Shown here one piece after another: positions 1 to 12,544 of a stretch of DNA of 64,000 bases (its first letter is position 1; each line of letters opens with the position of its first letter). A program made the translations under genes and the position numbers. This stretch comes from Octopus sinensis (lineage: Eukaryota). The notes beneath the pieces were generated by a model, which saw only the letters and a program-made list of their open reading frames with translations, was not told the origin of the DNA and ran no database searches. The stretch lies in NCBI RefSeq assembly GCF_006345805.1, contig NC_042999.1, positions 50,964,001 through 51,028,000 of the forward strand. Reading direction: 5' to 3'.

Positions 1-80
1 ATATAATTTGAGAGAGAAAGAGGGGGAGAGGGGGAGAGAGAAAGATGTATCATCATCATCATCACCATTTAGATGATAAA

Positions 81-311
81 GGCAGCGAGCTGGCAGAAAC
101 GTTAGTACGCTGGGCGAAATGCGTAGCCGTATTTCGTCTGTCGTTATGTTCTGAGTTCAAATTCCGCCGAGGTTGACTTTGCCTTTCATCCTTTCGGGGT
201 CGATAAATAAAGTACCAGTTTCCCACTGGGGTCGATGTAATCGACTTAATCCGTTTGTCTGTTCTTGTTTGTCCCCTTTATGTTTAGCCCCTTGTGGGCA
301 GTAAAGAAATA
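81..311 (+). mobile_element. tRNA-derived SINE, family A (Deu/Nin-like central domain)
   Basis: A-box-like TGGCAGAAACGTTAG, B-box-like GAGTTCAAATTCC, central GCCTTTCATCCTTTCGGGGTCGATAAA..AAGTACCAG. Many similar copies in the window. Domain name is from memory of SINE superfamilies. Confidence 0.85.
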
Positions 312-633
312 CATTTAGTGTCTGTATTCCAAGCTGGCAAGAGTTGTATACTTTGACAAGCCTGAAGACTGCATTGGTCTCTAATGTCTAGTTTGGTAAG
401 GTTTCTAAGGATGGATGCCCTTCCTAACACTAACCACTTCACAGAGCATACTGGGTGAATTTTTCAATACATCAGCACTAATGAGGACAAAAAGTGACTC
501 TCCTGAGGGCCAAGAACATGTGTCTTATTGTAGAGAAGATACAAGGGTACCCCAGCAGGAAAGGGAAATAGGATGGTGGGAGATCTGGTCTTGGAACTAA
601 ACACAATACCATATGGTCAGGCAAGCAAGCTTC

Positions 634-854
634 TTAACCCTTTACCATTTAAACCACTCAAGTATTCTACCTATTTGATGTTGGAATTGGCTAGATCTGG
701 CCTCTACCTTACAACGCCATTCTAATTCTAAAAAAGAAAAAACAATCACATCATTGAAATCTTAAAGCTAGAAGATAATGTATGATTAATTCAAAACAAT
801 GTGAATAGATGAGCATTACATTTGACAGAAAGAATCTGATCGCTAAAGGGTTAA
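634..854. mobile_element. piggyBac-like MITE
   Basis: TTAA at 634-637 and 851-854 flanking CCCTTTA...TAAAGGG termini. Partial relatives end at about 4972, 39244 and 56535, and one starts at about 54455. Confidence 0.7.
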
Positions 855-1052
855 ACAAAACCCATCCTAATTATGAAAATGTGTGTAAAACTATAGCACT
901 TGAAAATATTTAACAAATAGAAAATTCAAAAAGACAAATCTAATCATCTGTAAACCTCCTAACTATGCAAGTAAACAATACATTTAAACTTCTAATTACA
1001 AAAAGCCACAAAATAATTTATTAACTTTCTGTTAATGCTTCTTCAATAGAAA

Positions 1053-1472
1053 GGCACAGGAGTGACTGCATGGTAAATAGCCTGCTTACCAACCACATGG
1101 TTCTAGGTTCAGTCCCACTGCATGGCACCTTGGGCAAGTGTCTTCTACTAAAGCCTCAGGCTGACCAAAGCCTTGTGAGTGAATTTGGTAGACGGAAAGT
1201 GAAAGAAGCTTGTCATATATATGTATATGTATATATATATGTGCGTGTGTATGTGTTTATGTGTCTGTGCTTGTCCCCCTCCCCCAACATCGCTTGACAA
1301 CCGATGCTGGTGTGTTTACGTCCCCGTAACTTAGCGGTTCAGCAAAAGAGACTGATAGAATAAATACTAGGCTTACAAAAGAATAAGTCCTGGGGTCGAT
1401 TTGCTCGACTAAAGGCGGTGCTCCAGCATGGCCGCAGTCAAATGACTGAAACAAGTAAAAGAGTGAAAGAGA
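1053..1472 (+). mobile_element. Composite tRNA/CORE-like SINE, family B, with internal (AT/GT)n
   Basis: Head GGAGTGGCTGTGTGGTAA..GGTTCAGTCCC, CORE-like GGCACCTTGGGCAAGTG, internal microsatellite, 3' GGTGCTCCAGCATGGCCGCAGTCAAATGACTGAAACAAGTAAAAGAG. Roughly 20 full or partial copies in the window. Confidence 0.85.
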
Positions 1473-2582
1473 ACTTGGAACATAAAAGCACAGGTTTGTA
1501 TTGTGAACATTGAGTTTGTAAACAAACCCCAGTGACTCTCAGAAAACACAGAATCAAAGACAAAGTATCCAGTTTTTCTTGTTTTGTTTTTTTGTTTTGT
1601 TTTTTTTGTTTTGTTTTTTGATACCACAAGATAGTTGTTTTTTACTTTGATCCTGTGTGTCAAGAGTAGTTTGAATTTGTTAAATTAATCTTCTTCAGAA
1701 AAATAAATTTTTGTATTTCTTTTACTTTTACCTGTTTCAGTCATTAGATCGCAGCCATGCTGGAGCAATGCCTTGAAGGATTTCAGTCAAATGAATCAAT
1801 GCCAGTACTTATTTCTTTAAGCCTGGTACTTATTCAATTGGTTCCTTTTGCTAAACTGCTAAGTTACAAGGATATAAAAGTACCAACACAAACTGTCAAG
1901 CAATGGTGGAAAACAAACACACACACACAAACACAAACACACACACACAAACACACACACACACAAACACACACACACACGCACACACAGGTTTGACAAA
2001 AACAAAACTAGAACAATCCAGCTTAGTCAATTGTCAGAATTATAAGATTGTCAACCAATATACCTCGAGGTATTTGTTCCACTCGTTATGTTCGGATTTC
2101 AGATACTATTACTGCCAACTTAAGGTGCTAGACTTAATCCATCACCCAGCTTAACACCACCATCTGCCACCCTGGATGCAAGCATTCAGATTAGACTTTT
2201 TGTCTTTCCTCTGTTCCTCTGGCCAATCTCAACAGTACCCATAATCCTCATGGATTTTCAATACATCAGCACTAGTGAGGACACTAAGTGACTCTCCTGA
2301 GGGCCAAAATGTGCCTTACTGTAGAGGAGATACAAGGGTACCCCAGTAGGAAAGGGAAATAGGATGGTGGGATATCTGGTCTTAGAACTAAACACAATAC
2401 CATATGGTATTACCTTGGAATACCATATGGTATTACCCTTAACTTGGAAGTCTTTCTTCAAAAGTATGCACGTAGAAGCACTACTTCCCCTGTTTTCACC
2501 ACCACATGATCCTCACGGGGTCATTTGTGCAACATTCACTCCTAACTAACAGTTATCTAAAAAAATGAAATGTGTGTGTTTG

Positions 2583-2803
2583 TATGAGGAGGCACTGAAA
2601 AGTTCCTGGTCTTGGGTAAAAGAAAATACTGGAGGATCAGTTAATTATGATTTTATTCAACATATTCCCCTCTCAGATTCACACACTTATTGCAGAAGTC
2701 CTTCAGTTTTTCTAAACCTTGTAAAAGAACTCAGAAGGTTGGGTCCCCAACTAGACCTTTCACAATAACCTTAAAACCAGGAACTTTTCATCACCCCCTC
2801 ATA
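2583..2803. mobile_element. mariner-derived MITE
   Basis: TA-flanked TIRs TATGAGGAGGCACTGAAAAGTTCCTGG / CCAGGAACTTTTCATCACCCCCTCATA. The interior carries a transposase C-terminus (KCVNLRGEYVE*) on the minus strand. Confidence 0.8.
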
Positions 2804-2855
<52 letters not shown>

Positions 2856-4314
2856 TGTGTGTGCATGTGTGGGTCTTTGTGTTTGTCCATGCTTCATTTG
2901 ACAGCTAGTATTGGTTTCTATAACTTAGTGGTTTGGCAACAGAATAAAACAGAATAAGTACTGGACTTAAAATAAATAAGTACTGATGTCGATTTTTTCA
3001 GCTAAACCCTTCAAGGTGGGGCCCAGCATGGCCACAATCCTACGACTGAAATAAAAGATAATAGATAAGAGTGAACATTAAATATAAGAATAAAAGATTA
3101 TATCGTTGAAATGTTAAAATCTGGGACTGCACAAATTAGATCTAAATGTATGGAACCTTACAGATATTTTTTCCAAACATAGAAAAAAAAAATTTATCAA
3201 AAGAAAATATTTCATTAAAAATTCTTAATTAATTAAAGATAATTTCCAAAAGTACATAATTGCTGAATACTGGATTGAAAAATAAAAATAAATAAATAAA
3301 CTGTTTTAAAAAAAAATCCAATATTACAAAGAACCATTCTGCAGCAGAAACATAATTCAAGAGGAAATATGGAATATTATATTTGGTCAATATTGTAAAA
3401 GCAATAATCTGTATAAATTATAGAATGTTGATTCTTTCTTTCTTTTTCTTTCTTTTTTTTTTGCATTTATTAATGTTGTTCTTTAATCAAAATCTGTCAT
3501 TGATAGCTAAAGATAGCCCTTATTAACATTATTGATTTTTGTTAGTTATTGTTCTTCTTGTTTAGCCTAGCAGTCCTTAAACTGACAAATACCAGGAGCC
3601 CTATTCAACCAAAGACTTTGGGGAAAATTTCCTCTAAACCACCTTCTTTAAAAATAGTTTCAAATTTTGACAAGAGGTTACTAATTTTAATGGGAAGGTG
3701 TAAATTGATTACAATGACCTCTCAGTGCTCAACAGGGACTTATTTTATCAACCCAGAAAGAATAAAAAGTAAAGTTAACCTCAGCAGAATTTGAAATCAG
3801 AATGTAAAATGCTGGAAGAAATACCACATGGAATATTGTCTATCGTGCTAATGATTCAGCTTACCCCCACCTTTACCATATAATTCTTTAAATTATAAAA
3901 TTTTTGAAACCATCTTTTATTAAACATAGCAATTTGTCCACCCTGTTTGTCAATCCTCCTACCCCTACACTCTGTGGGAAACACTGGTTTACTTCAGTGA
4001 TCAAGCAAGGCCTATGATATTAGGTTTTCCAGTCATAATCATCCAGTATTTTCTTATATAATACACTACATTATCCAGTGTGGTTGTTTAGTCCACATTA
4101 TTCCATAATGAGCTCAGGACCATTTAACCGGTTGGACAGGATGCTGGTTTGTCGCAGAATTACTCATTTTTGCCAGCTGAGTGGATTGGAGCTACACAAA
4201 ATGAAATACTTTGCTCAATAACACAATGCATAACCCAGTCCAGGAATTGAAACCAGAATCTTAACATCGATTGTCAAATGATAGTGGGGGGGGGGCAAAT
4301 TCAGACATACAAAT

Positions 4315-4349
<35 letters not shown>

Positions 4350-4453
4350 CCAGAGTAAGCACATAAATGTGAAACAAGGTGGAAAAAAGAGTACTCAAAT
4401 ACCAGTGGTAGAATAATATGCTTTATTTAAAAGCACCAAAAATATAACAAAAG

Positions 4454-4549
4454 CTGTTACTCAGAGTATCACGTTCCCGTTCGTTGGACAGTTTTGTTAA
4501 AAAAAAAAAAACTGTCCGACAAATGGGAACGGGAAACTCTGAGTAACAG
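4454..4549. ncRNA. Two decayed, inverted hammerhead ribozyme motifs (family 2)
   Basis: Minus copy 4454-4491 and plus copy 4512-4549 both match the intact motif at 46841-46878, each with core point changes. Confidence 0.65.
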
Positions 4550-5559
4550 CTTTTGTTATATTTCTGCTACTTTAAAAAAATATATATATATACGATGGGC
4601 TTCTTTCAGTTTCCATTTACCAAATCCACTCACTCACAAGGCTTTGGTCAGCCCAAGGCTACAGTAGAAGACACTTGCCCAAGTTGCCATGCAGTGGGAC
4701 TGAACCCAGAACCATGTGGTTCGGAAGGAAGCTTCCTATCATGCAACCATTCCTGCGCCTAATAATCAAATTTTTTAAATAACAAAATAATCTGGAATGA
4801 ATAACCAAAATATCTTTTGCAATATTAAGTTAATGTTTGAAACACAATTTAATATAAGTTTCTTACATAAATTTATGATGGGAGATTTTAATTTAAATAT
4901 TTATATTTCAAGACAGATAGTTTGTATCCTAAGACCCAAGGCAATCTCAGGCAGCAGGGTTTCAAAGGGTTAATAGAATACCATATCCAAGACAAGATAT
5001 TCTAGAAAAAGATGTATTACATAATACCTTCAAGTCTGCAATGATCAGAAGCTTGTATTATATATTTAGAGTAAGTTAATTTATAAAATTTCCAAATTTA
5101 TCTAATTAATTAACAGCACAATAATTAATAGAATTAAGGAATTTCAAAGATAAACTTCACTAAAACTATACAAGAGACTCTGACATTTAATTACCATCAA
5201 TCGTAATCACAATCACCATTATGAATCAGACTTAAGCACTATGAGTGTTAGTCCATAGCCAACAACTATAAAATTTGACATTACTCAACTTCTATAACCA
5301 TATTCTTTTGTTCAAGCTATGAGTGGCAAACCATTTCCAGTATTTGCAATGCATACATTGTCACTATTGATGATCCCTCAGGGTAATCAACGATTCTCCA
5401 CCAGATGTAACTTCTGTGGACCTACCTATGACTTTGAAAACTAATATGGGATCCACAAGTCCAGCAGAACACCAAGCATTTGTTTCCTCACAAGAAGTGC
5501 TGTGTTTGGTCACTTTGACATATTGGTTATGTTCATGCTTATCATTGAGATGTTTGGTT

Positions 5560-5940
5560 TATGCAGTGTTGAAGTATTAGGCTCCATTTGTGTCAGTCAT
5601 TTGCCAACAAATCCCATTTAGACATATGGATGCTGCAGTTTTTTTCTAATTTCCTTTAAGTGCATCTTTAAAATGGCTTTCTTTGTCCCTACTCACATGC
5701 ACTTTCCATCATTCAGCTGGGAATAAAAGTTGTTAGGCAATTTACAGTTCAGTATTCATATGACAGAGTCAACCTTCACAGCTGATATCACAAAATAATG
5801 GTTTAACTGTAGAAGATACTGGCTCGTTCAAGTATACTGACATTATGTCACTAGATATGCCTGATTTTCTTCAGACAGCTCTAGTAATATATTTCTTGAA
5901 GATGTAGCATATAACTTGTCCAAGTTTCAGCAGCATGTAG
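5560..5940 (-). mobile_element. RTE LINE 3' ORF remnant
   Basis: Reverse translation gives LHAAETWT, CLKKI..ILERA, QLFYSQLNDGK, HFKDALK and WDLLAND, matching the RTE C-terminal motif series, with stops and frameshifts. Confidence 0.7.
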
Positions 5941-6184
5941 GAGAGTGAATATAACTACTATCTAATGCACCAGTTATTACTATCTACACTATCTAATACA
6001 CCAGTTATCTGCAATCAAGATACTCACATACTTGTCTCTTAAAATAACCAAAGGTTACAGACATTTTATTTTATTCAGTGTTGGGTCTCCTCATCAATAT
6101 GTGCATTCTGTGACAGGCAACAACCACCATTAATACTAAACTGTACAATTAAGCTACAAAAGAATATTTTAAATATTGGTTTCA

Positions 6185-6390
6185 AATTTTGGCACAAGGC
6201 CAACAATTTCGGGGGAGGAGGTAAATCAATTACATCAACCCCAGTACTCTACTGGTACTTATCTTACCGACCCCAAAAGGATGAAAGGCAAGGTCAACCT
6301 CAGTGGAATTTGAACTCAAAATGTAAAGATAACAAAATACCACTAAACATTTAACCCAGTGTGTTAACGATTCTGCCAGTTCACACCTTA
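6185..6390 (-). mobile_element. SINE family A variant
   Basis: Reverse-complement similarity to the head and central domain of 81-311, with a different 3' end. Confidence 0.75.
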
Positions 6391-6699
6391 AGAATATTTT
6401 GAATATTAGAAATATTCAGCAAAACTTCAATCATAATCATTTTATTGATTATTCTACTTATTCAGGGTTCTATATGGCAAAACAATTTGGTTTGTAACTA
6501 TACAGTTTTTGGTTAATTCTACAACAAGATATCTTGGACAAACACCTTGGACTAATATCTTAGTCTCAGGCCTGTGAACAGTGTTGTCTCTGAGTTGTGT
6601 ACTTGTGCACACACATACATTTTACAACTGGGAAAAGTAAAAGAAAAATGTGTGCACACATATTTTCTTAATTGAAGAAATTTGAAAAATGATTACTTG

Positions 6700-7250
6700 C
6701 ATATGGTCATTCCCACTGCTTGGCACCTTGGGCAAGTGTCTTCTACTATAGCCTCAGGCTAACGAAAGCCTTGTGAGTGGATTAGGTAGACAGAAACTGA
6801 AAGAAGCCCGTCAGCCGAAATTGTGAGGATGATCCAGTTCTTGACTGAAGATAAAAGGCTTCGACTGACCCGTCGATGTTTTTTTTGTATCATATCATCT
6901 ATCTCGATGTTTTGTTGTCCCTTTTTGTATCACCTAGTTGTCTGGATGCTTTGCGTTCTTGTCCCATTTTGTATTTTATTTTATATATATGTGTGTGTGT
7001 GTGTGTATGTGTGTGTGTATGTGTGTGTGTGTGTGTGTGTGTATTTGTGTGTCTGTGTTTGTTCCTCCAACATTGCTTGACAACCAATGCTGGTGTCTTT
7101 ACATTCCCATAACTTAGCAGTTCGGCAAAAGAGACCGATAGAATAAGCACTCGGCTTACAAAGAATAAGTCCTGGGGTCAATTTGCTCAACTAAAGGCGG
7201 TGCTCCAGCATGGCCGCAGTCAAATGACTGAATCAAGTAAAAGAGTAATG
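6700..7250 (+). mobile_element. SINE family B with a 56-bp insert
   Basis: Matches 1053-1472. Insert 6813-6868 is flanked by CCCGTC repeats. Confidence 0.8.
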
Positions 7251-7829
7251 AGTATATGTGTGCAATATTTTATAAAGAAAGACAATTTCCCCACATGCAA
7301 ATTTCTGTGCACATCCACAGCACAAAGATATAGTAAACATCACCTATGAGTAACATCTGGGAAATAGAAATAGAAATAGGGGTGGGCAGGTTCATTGCTG
7401 TTCTTGGGCAGTAGCTGTAATATATTACCCAGTTTAACACCATCATCTGGGCCATGGATGTCAATGCGAAGTACATTCAGGAATAAGCATTCTACCACAT
7501 CTCCTATCTAAGTATCACTTCTTACCCCTCTTCCCACCAGTCTTGGAAACCATAAAAGAGAAGTATTAGACTTAAAAATGGTATTAGACTTAAAAATTGT
7601 ATTAGATTTTTAAAAAGTACTGAGGATGATTTGTTCAACTATTTATCTTAAAGGTGGTGCCCCAGTATGGCCACAGTCCAGTGACTGAAGCAAATAAAAG
7701 ATAACAAAGATTAAGAGAAATGATAATGAGCAATCTATTGAAAATTTCATAGATTAATGAGCCAAAATTGACAGTTCCAAATAAAGTATTTTACTTTATA
7801 TCAAGCCAAGCCAAACGCCAAACCAGTAT

Positions 7830-8134
7830 ATGATAAACGTTGCCCTTTTCAAGCCTAGCCAGGCTCATGGGCCCGGTTTCCCAGTTTTTGTGGCGTATGT
7901 GTTCCCCCAGTTGGATGGGACATCACAGCGTTACTCAACAAACAGGAAGAGAGAGTGAGAGAAAGTTGTGGCAAAAGAGTACAACTGGAGTCGCCCCCCC
8001 CCCCTGCCAGAGCCTCGTAGAGCTTTTAGGTATTTTCGCTCAATAAACACACACAACGCCCAATCTGGGAATTGAAACTGTGATCCTCCGACCGCAAGTC
8101 CGCTGCCCTAACCACTGGGCTATTGTGCCTCCAT
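7830..8134 (-). mobile_element. tRNA-derived SINE, family D (Meta-like domain)
   Basis: tRNA-like head on the minus strand and 13-bp TSD GCCAAACCAGTAT at 7817-7829 and 8135-8147. Similar to 21261-21572 and 39267-39568. Confidence 0.8.
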
Positions 8135-8763
8135 GCCAAACCAGTATGCAAAGCCCATATCTTGTGATTTAATATATAAAATCTCTTTAGCAATTCTTGA
8201 TTCAATATTCAAGACTTGAAAGTGTTAATCCAATACATAAAATCTATATTCACTGTTATATGAGATCTATTACAATATAATTAATGAGTTACATTTAAGT
8301 TCTGTAACTTGTGAAATATTCTCAGAGTTTATTAAGAGTTTTTTTTAATAGAATAGCAGTAATTACATATTCAGGTACAAATTTTACTTCAAATTAAATT
8401 TTCTAAAGAAAAATTTTAAATCTGATTCCAAACAAAAAAAGTTTCATTATAAACGATATATTCTGAACAATCTGTCTCATTCTATGTAATATCCTACTAA
8501 ATATAATACCTTCTCACAAATAAAATATCTTAGTATATGTATGTGGTTAAGTAGTTTGAGTTGATGCCACTGGCAACATATTAAGCAAATATTTTTTACC
8601 AAAACTTCAAGTTGACCAATGCCTTGTAAACACAATTTGCTAGATGACTGACTGGCACTCTGTCAATTACAAGAATAAGGGTTCAAGTTGATCTGATCAA
8701 TGGGACAGCCTCCTCGTGGAATTAACATACAAGTGCATTCCACAGACATGCATACTCTTCGTG

Positions 8764-10060
8764 TATGAAGCTAAGTAAAAAATAAGCAAAGTTTTGAAAC
8801 ATGTAATTCATCGCAATATATTTCAACAATGCAGAAATTTCGTTCATCAAAGTAAGTACCATTACAATCAACACATTTTTGCCGAGTTACAAGTTTGTTT
8901 ATTCCAGTAACATAAAAATCTGGAGTTCTGGAGCTGATGAACTCTTTGTATGCACTTTCAGCATCAGTTTGATTTTTGAACTTCTTCTCTCACAGGAAGC
9001 CATCAAGGTGCTTGAAAAAGTGGTAGTCGGTAGGAGAAAGGTCTGGGGAATAAGCTGGGTGGGGAAGAAGTTCGTAGCCAAGTTCCCTTAACTTCTGGAG
9101 TGTCATTAGTGAAATGTGTGGTCAAGCATTGTCATGAAGAATAATTGGCTCTCTTCTATTGACCAGTTCTGGGATGGAGGAGTAGCAGTTTTTCATTCAT
9201 TTTGGCAATTTCATGGTAATATGTTTCAGAAGTAATGTTTTTTCTGGGTTTTAAGAAATTATAGTGGATGAATCCAGCAGTACACCACCAAACAATCACC
9301 ATGACCTTCTTTTTGAAGAGCTTGGGTTTAGGGAAGGTTTCTGGTGCTTCGTTTTGGTGTAACTACTGCAAAGAACATTTTTTGTTATTATACAGAATCC
9401 ACTTTTCATTACAAGTTAAAATACAGTTGAGAAATGGATCGGTCTGGTTATGAAGAAGTGATGATCAAATTTCATATCTGCACATTTTCTGATTTTCATT
9501 CAAATAGTGTGGTACCTATTTTGTCAAGCTTTTTTGATTTTCCAATCACATGCAAATGGCTTCAGGCAGTTTTCTGGCTAACATGAAATTCTTTTATCAG
9601 TTCTTGGTTTTACATGGATCTTTCTCAACAACAGTCTTTAATTGACTGTCATTGATGACAGATGGACATCCACTACACTTACGATCTTCACGGCTCAGGT
9701 CTACACTGTGAAATCATTTAAACCATTTTCAAGTTGATTCCTTACTGGTCATTTCCACACCAAATGTTTTGTTGATATCCTGAACAGTTTCAGCTGTTTT
9801 ATGTCCTCTTCTGAAGTTGAATAGCAAAATTACTCAAATATTGTGCTTTGACAGTTCCATTTCAGATAATTGTAACAATGGTGAAAAAATATCAATGTTA
9901 ATTTATTGATGCATTTGGGCAGTCTTATTGATGCATTTGGGCAGTCTATGTCTGTATTATCAGATAATTGCAAAAAAAATGTTTAAAAAATTCAGAACTC
10001 TGCATAAATTCCGTACAAATTGATCATAGTTTAAAACATCACTTTTTACCCAACCTGATA
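8764..10060 (-). mobile_element. Full-length decayed mariner transposon (cecropia/Hsmar1-like)
   Basis: About 1.3 kb, with TA-flanked degenerate TIRs. The transposase pseudo-ORF at about 9860-8830 reads MELSK..., KKLDK.VPH, TCNEKWILYNN, HPAYSPDLSPTDYHFFKHLD and KCVDCNGTYFD, with multiple stops. Confidence 0.92.
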
Positions 10061-10061
10061 G

Positions 10062-10268
10062 TTCTCGGGGAGATTCAGCACAACACAGGATGTGACAAGG
10101 CCGACCTTTTTGAAATACAGGTGCTACTCATTTTTACCAGCTGAGTAGACTGGAGCAACATAAAATAAGTGTCTCGCTCAAGGATACAACGCACCACTCT
10201 CGTACTGAGCTCACAACCTTTCAATTGCAAGCCAAATACCCTAAACACTAGGCCACATGCTTTCACCA
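10062..10268 (-). mobile_element. tRNA-derived SINE (related to 38390-38720 and 54585-54805)
   Basis: tRNA-like head plus GTTGCTCCAGTC.ACTCAGCTGG.AAAAATGAGTA body, shared with other copies. Confidence 0.7.
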
Positions 10269-10650
10269 TTTGCTAGATAGAACCTGTATAACCTCATGTG
10301 TGCATGCGTGTATGTGTACAATTTTTAATTGACAGAAAGTTACAAAAGTGCCTCAAGAGCTAAGAGTTTTGTGCATGGTACTTATTAAACTGCCTTCAAA
10401 TCTGGGAGTTTGCTTCTTTATATAGAATGAAATACAATTATTTCCAGAGAATTCACTTAGAAATTGAATTGAAAAGTTATGTAAAAAATGTGTATCTTTC
10501 AAATAGTCAGCTTGCTAAGCAGTAAAAATGAAAAGAAAACACACACATATATACATATGGTATTACCTATATACATAAGCTATTACCCATGGACACACAC
10601 ACACATACACAAATATACAATACATATACTTGCACTATTATAGTGTGTGT

Positions 10651-10689
<39 letters not shown>

Positions 10690-10719
10690 CATATATTTAC
10701 ACAATGGATTACAACAATA

Positions 10720-10953
10720 CTTATTTCTTTACTGCCCACAAGGGGCTAAACATAGAGGGGACAAACAAGGACAGACAAACGGATTAAGTCAATCACATTG
10801 ATCCCAGTGCGTAACTGGTACTTAATTTATCGACCCCGAAAGGATGAAAGGCAAAGTCGACCTCGGTGGAATTTGAACTCAGAATGTAACAGCAAACGAA
10901 ATACCACTAAACATTTTGTCCGGCATGCTAACAATTCTGCCAGCTCGCCGCCT
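10720..10953 (-). mobile_element. SINE family A
   Basis: Reverse-complement match to 81-311. Confidence 0.85.
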
Positions 10954-11639
10954 TTCAACAATACTGGGGTACTACATTCAAGGGTTTTAATGAATTGTTT
11001 TTTTTTTTTTTACTGCTTAACTGGCAGGCTATTTGAAAAAATACAGATATTTCTTGTGGTCTAAATTAGTTTTTAAACTTATATTCCAGCAAAAATTGTA
11101 ATTATCTCAGTATAAAGAAGTAAACTCACACATTGGAATTCAGTTTGATAAGTATCATGCTCAAAACTCAATCACATTATGATGTTCCTGCATCATCTCA
11201 ATCTCCACAGCTAAATGACTTTCAAATAAATAAATAACTGAAGAGTTGTCTACAATATACATATTTCATATATATATATATATATAAAACAAACTACATG
11301 TAACAACAAAGGAGGTAGACCTCAATGTCAGTGGAAATAGAGAACTATATTGATTGTTTAATACAGATGTGGAGACTTACTTACAGATCTTTAAGTCTCT
11401 GTGTCAACAATTCAATGATCATTGTGTGCCTTCAGCTGTGCAAGTCCAGTGCATATGGCACCATCAATTACATTTTGGAGAGAGAGAGTGGGGAGAGAGA
11501 GAGGGGGGTCTCCTCACAGGTAAAGAACATAAATACAAATTCTTCTGAATGGGAAACACCACTATAGTTGGTGTAGTGGTCATATTGTTAGGAGAGAAAT
11601 AGATAAAGTATTTAAGTAGTTAGAGAAAGAGAATAACTA

Positions 11640-12130
11640 TGCTTAGACTAGGTATGGGCACTGAATGCAGAGGATGTGTGATGGTGGAAAGAAATGAAGT
11701 GAACATGTTCTTTTGGTTGTGTAATATTGGTGTGCATGTACAACAGATCACAAATAAGCTGAATGGAAAACTGGGTATAAAAAGAATCAGCTGTATTGGT
11801 AAGATGAGAAAGACTGGTCTGTTATTGATGTGTATAAAGAATTATAGTTGGGTAAAGAAGTGCTTAATATTCCATGTGGGAGAAAGCTGAGGCGGAGGAA
11901 GGCATGGAAGAAAATAAAAAAGGAAATGGTGGAAGTTGACCTCAGTAAGCTAAACTTTATGAAGGAGATGACAAGGGACCACAAAATGTAGTGAAATCTT
12001 ATGTTGAAAAGGAATTATCCAACCTTAGAAAGCATGGAAAAATGATGCAAAAAAAAGATGATGATGATGATGATGATGATAATGGTGAGGATAAATACAA
12101 TGATGAGGATAATGATGCTGATGATAGTGA
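11640..12130 (+). mobile_element. Old RTE LINE 3' end with (GAT)n tail
   Basis: Translates as ERNEVNMFFWLCN..KLGIKRI..VKKC, homologous to 28460-29060. Ends CCAACC..AGCATGGAAA..(GAT)n. Confidence 0.7.
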
Positions 12131-12544
12131 TTACTACTTTGCAAATGGTGTAATAAACAAAACAAGATTACTCAATACACATAGTAGAGTGAAATAGTTA
12201 TTAATTTATAGCAGTATATGTGTGTCTGATTGTGTGTATGTGTGTTCTGACAATGGACTACAGAAATCTTGGGGCACTATATTCAAGGGTTTTAGTCAAT
12301 TATATTGACCATAGTACTTTGTCTATAAAGAGAGAGAAGGAAGTCATTAAAATTAGTAATATTTGTATACCACAGGAGATGATCTGATGTTGGTATCTAA
12401 TTAGTAAATTTGGTGCAACAAATCAATTCTAATTGATCTGATTTACTCAAGAACAACAGCAACAACAAAGTTGGGTCTAAAGAGATCAATACTATTTTAG
12501 AGCCAATGAGAAAGCTGAAAGCCTCTTTGCAATTTCCTGACTTG

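Noticed and set aside
81-160. tRNA gene calls for A/B-box sequences here and at other SINE heads
   Set aside because: No complete cloverleaf; each continues into a SINE body.
7340-7497. Minus-strand exon candidate IGDVVECLFLNVLRIDIHGPDDGVKLG
   Set aside because: The acceptor context is purine-rich and the peptide is unrecognised; insufficient support.
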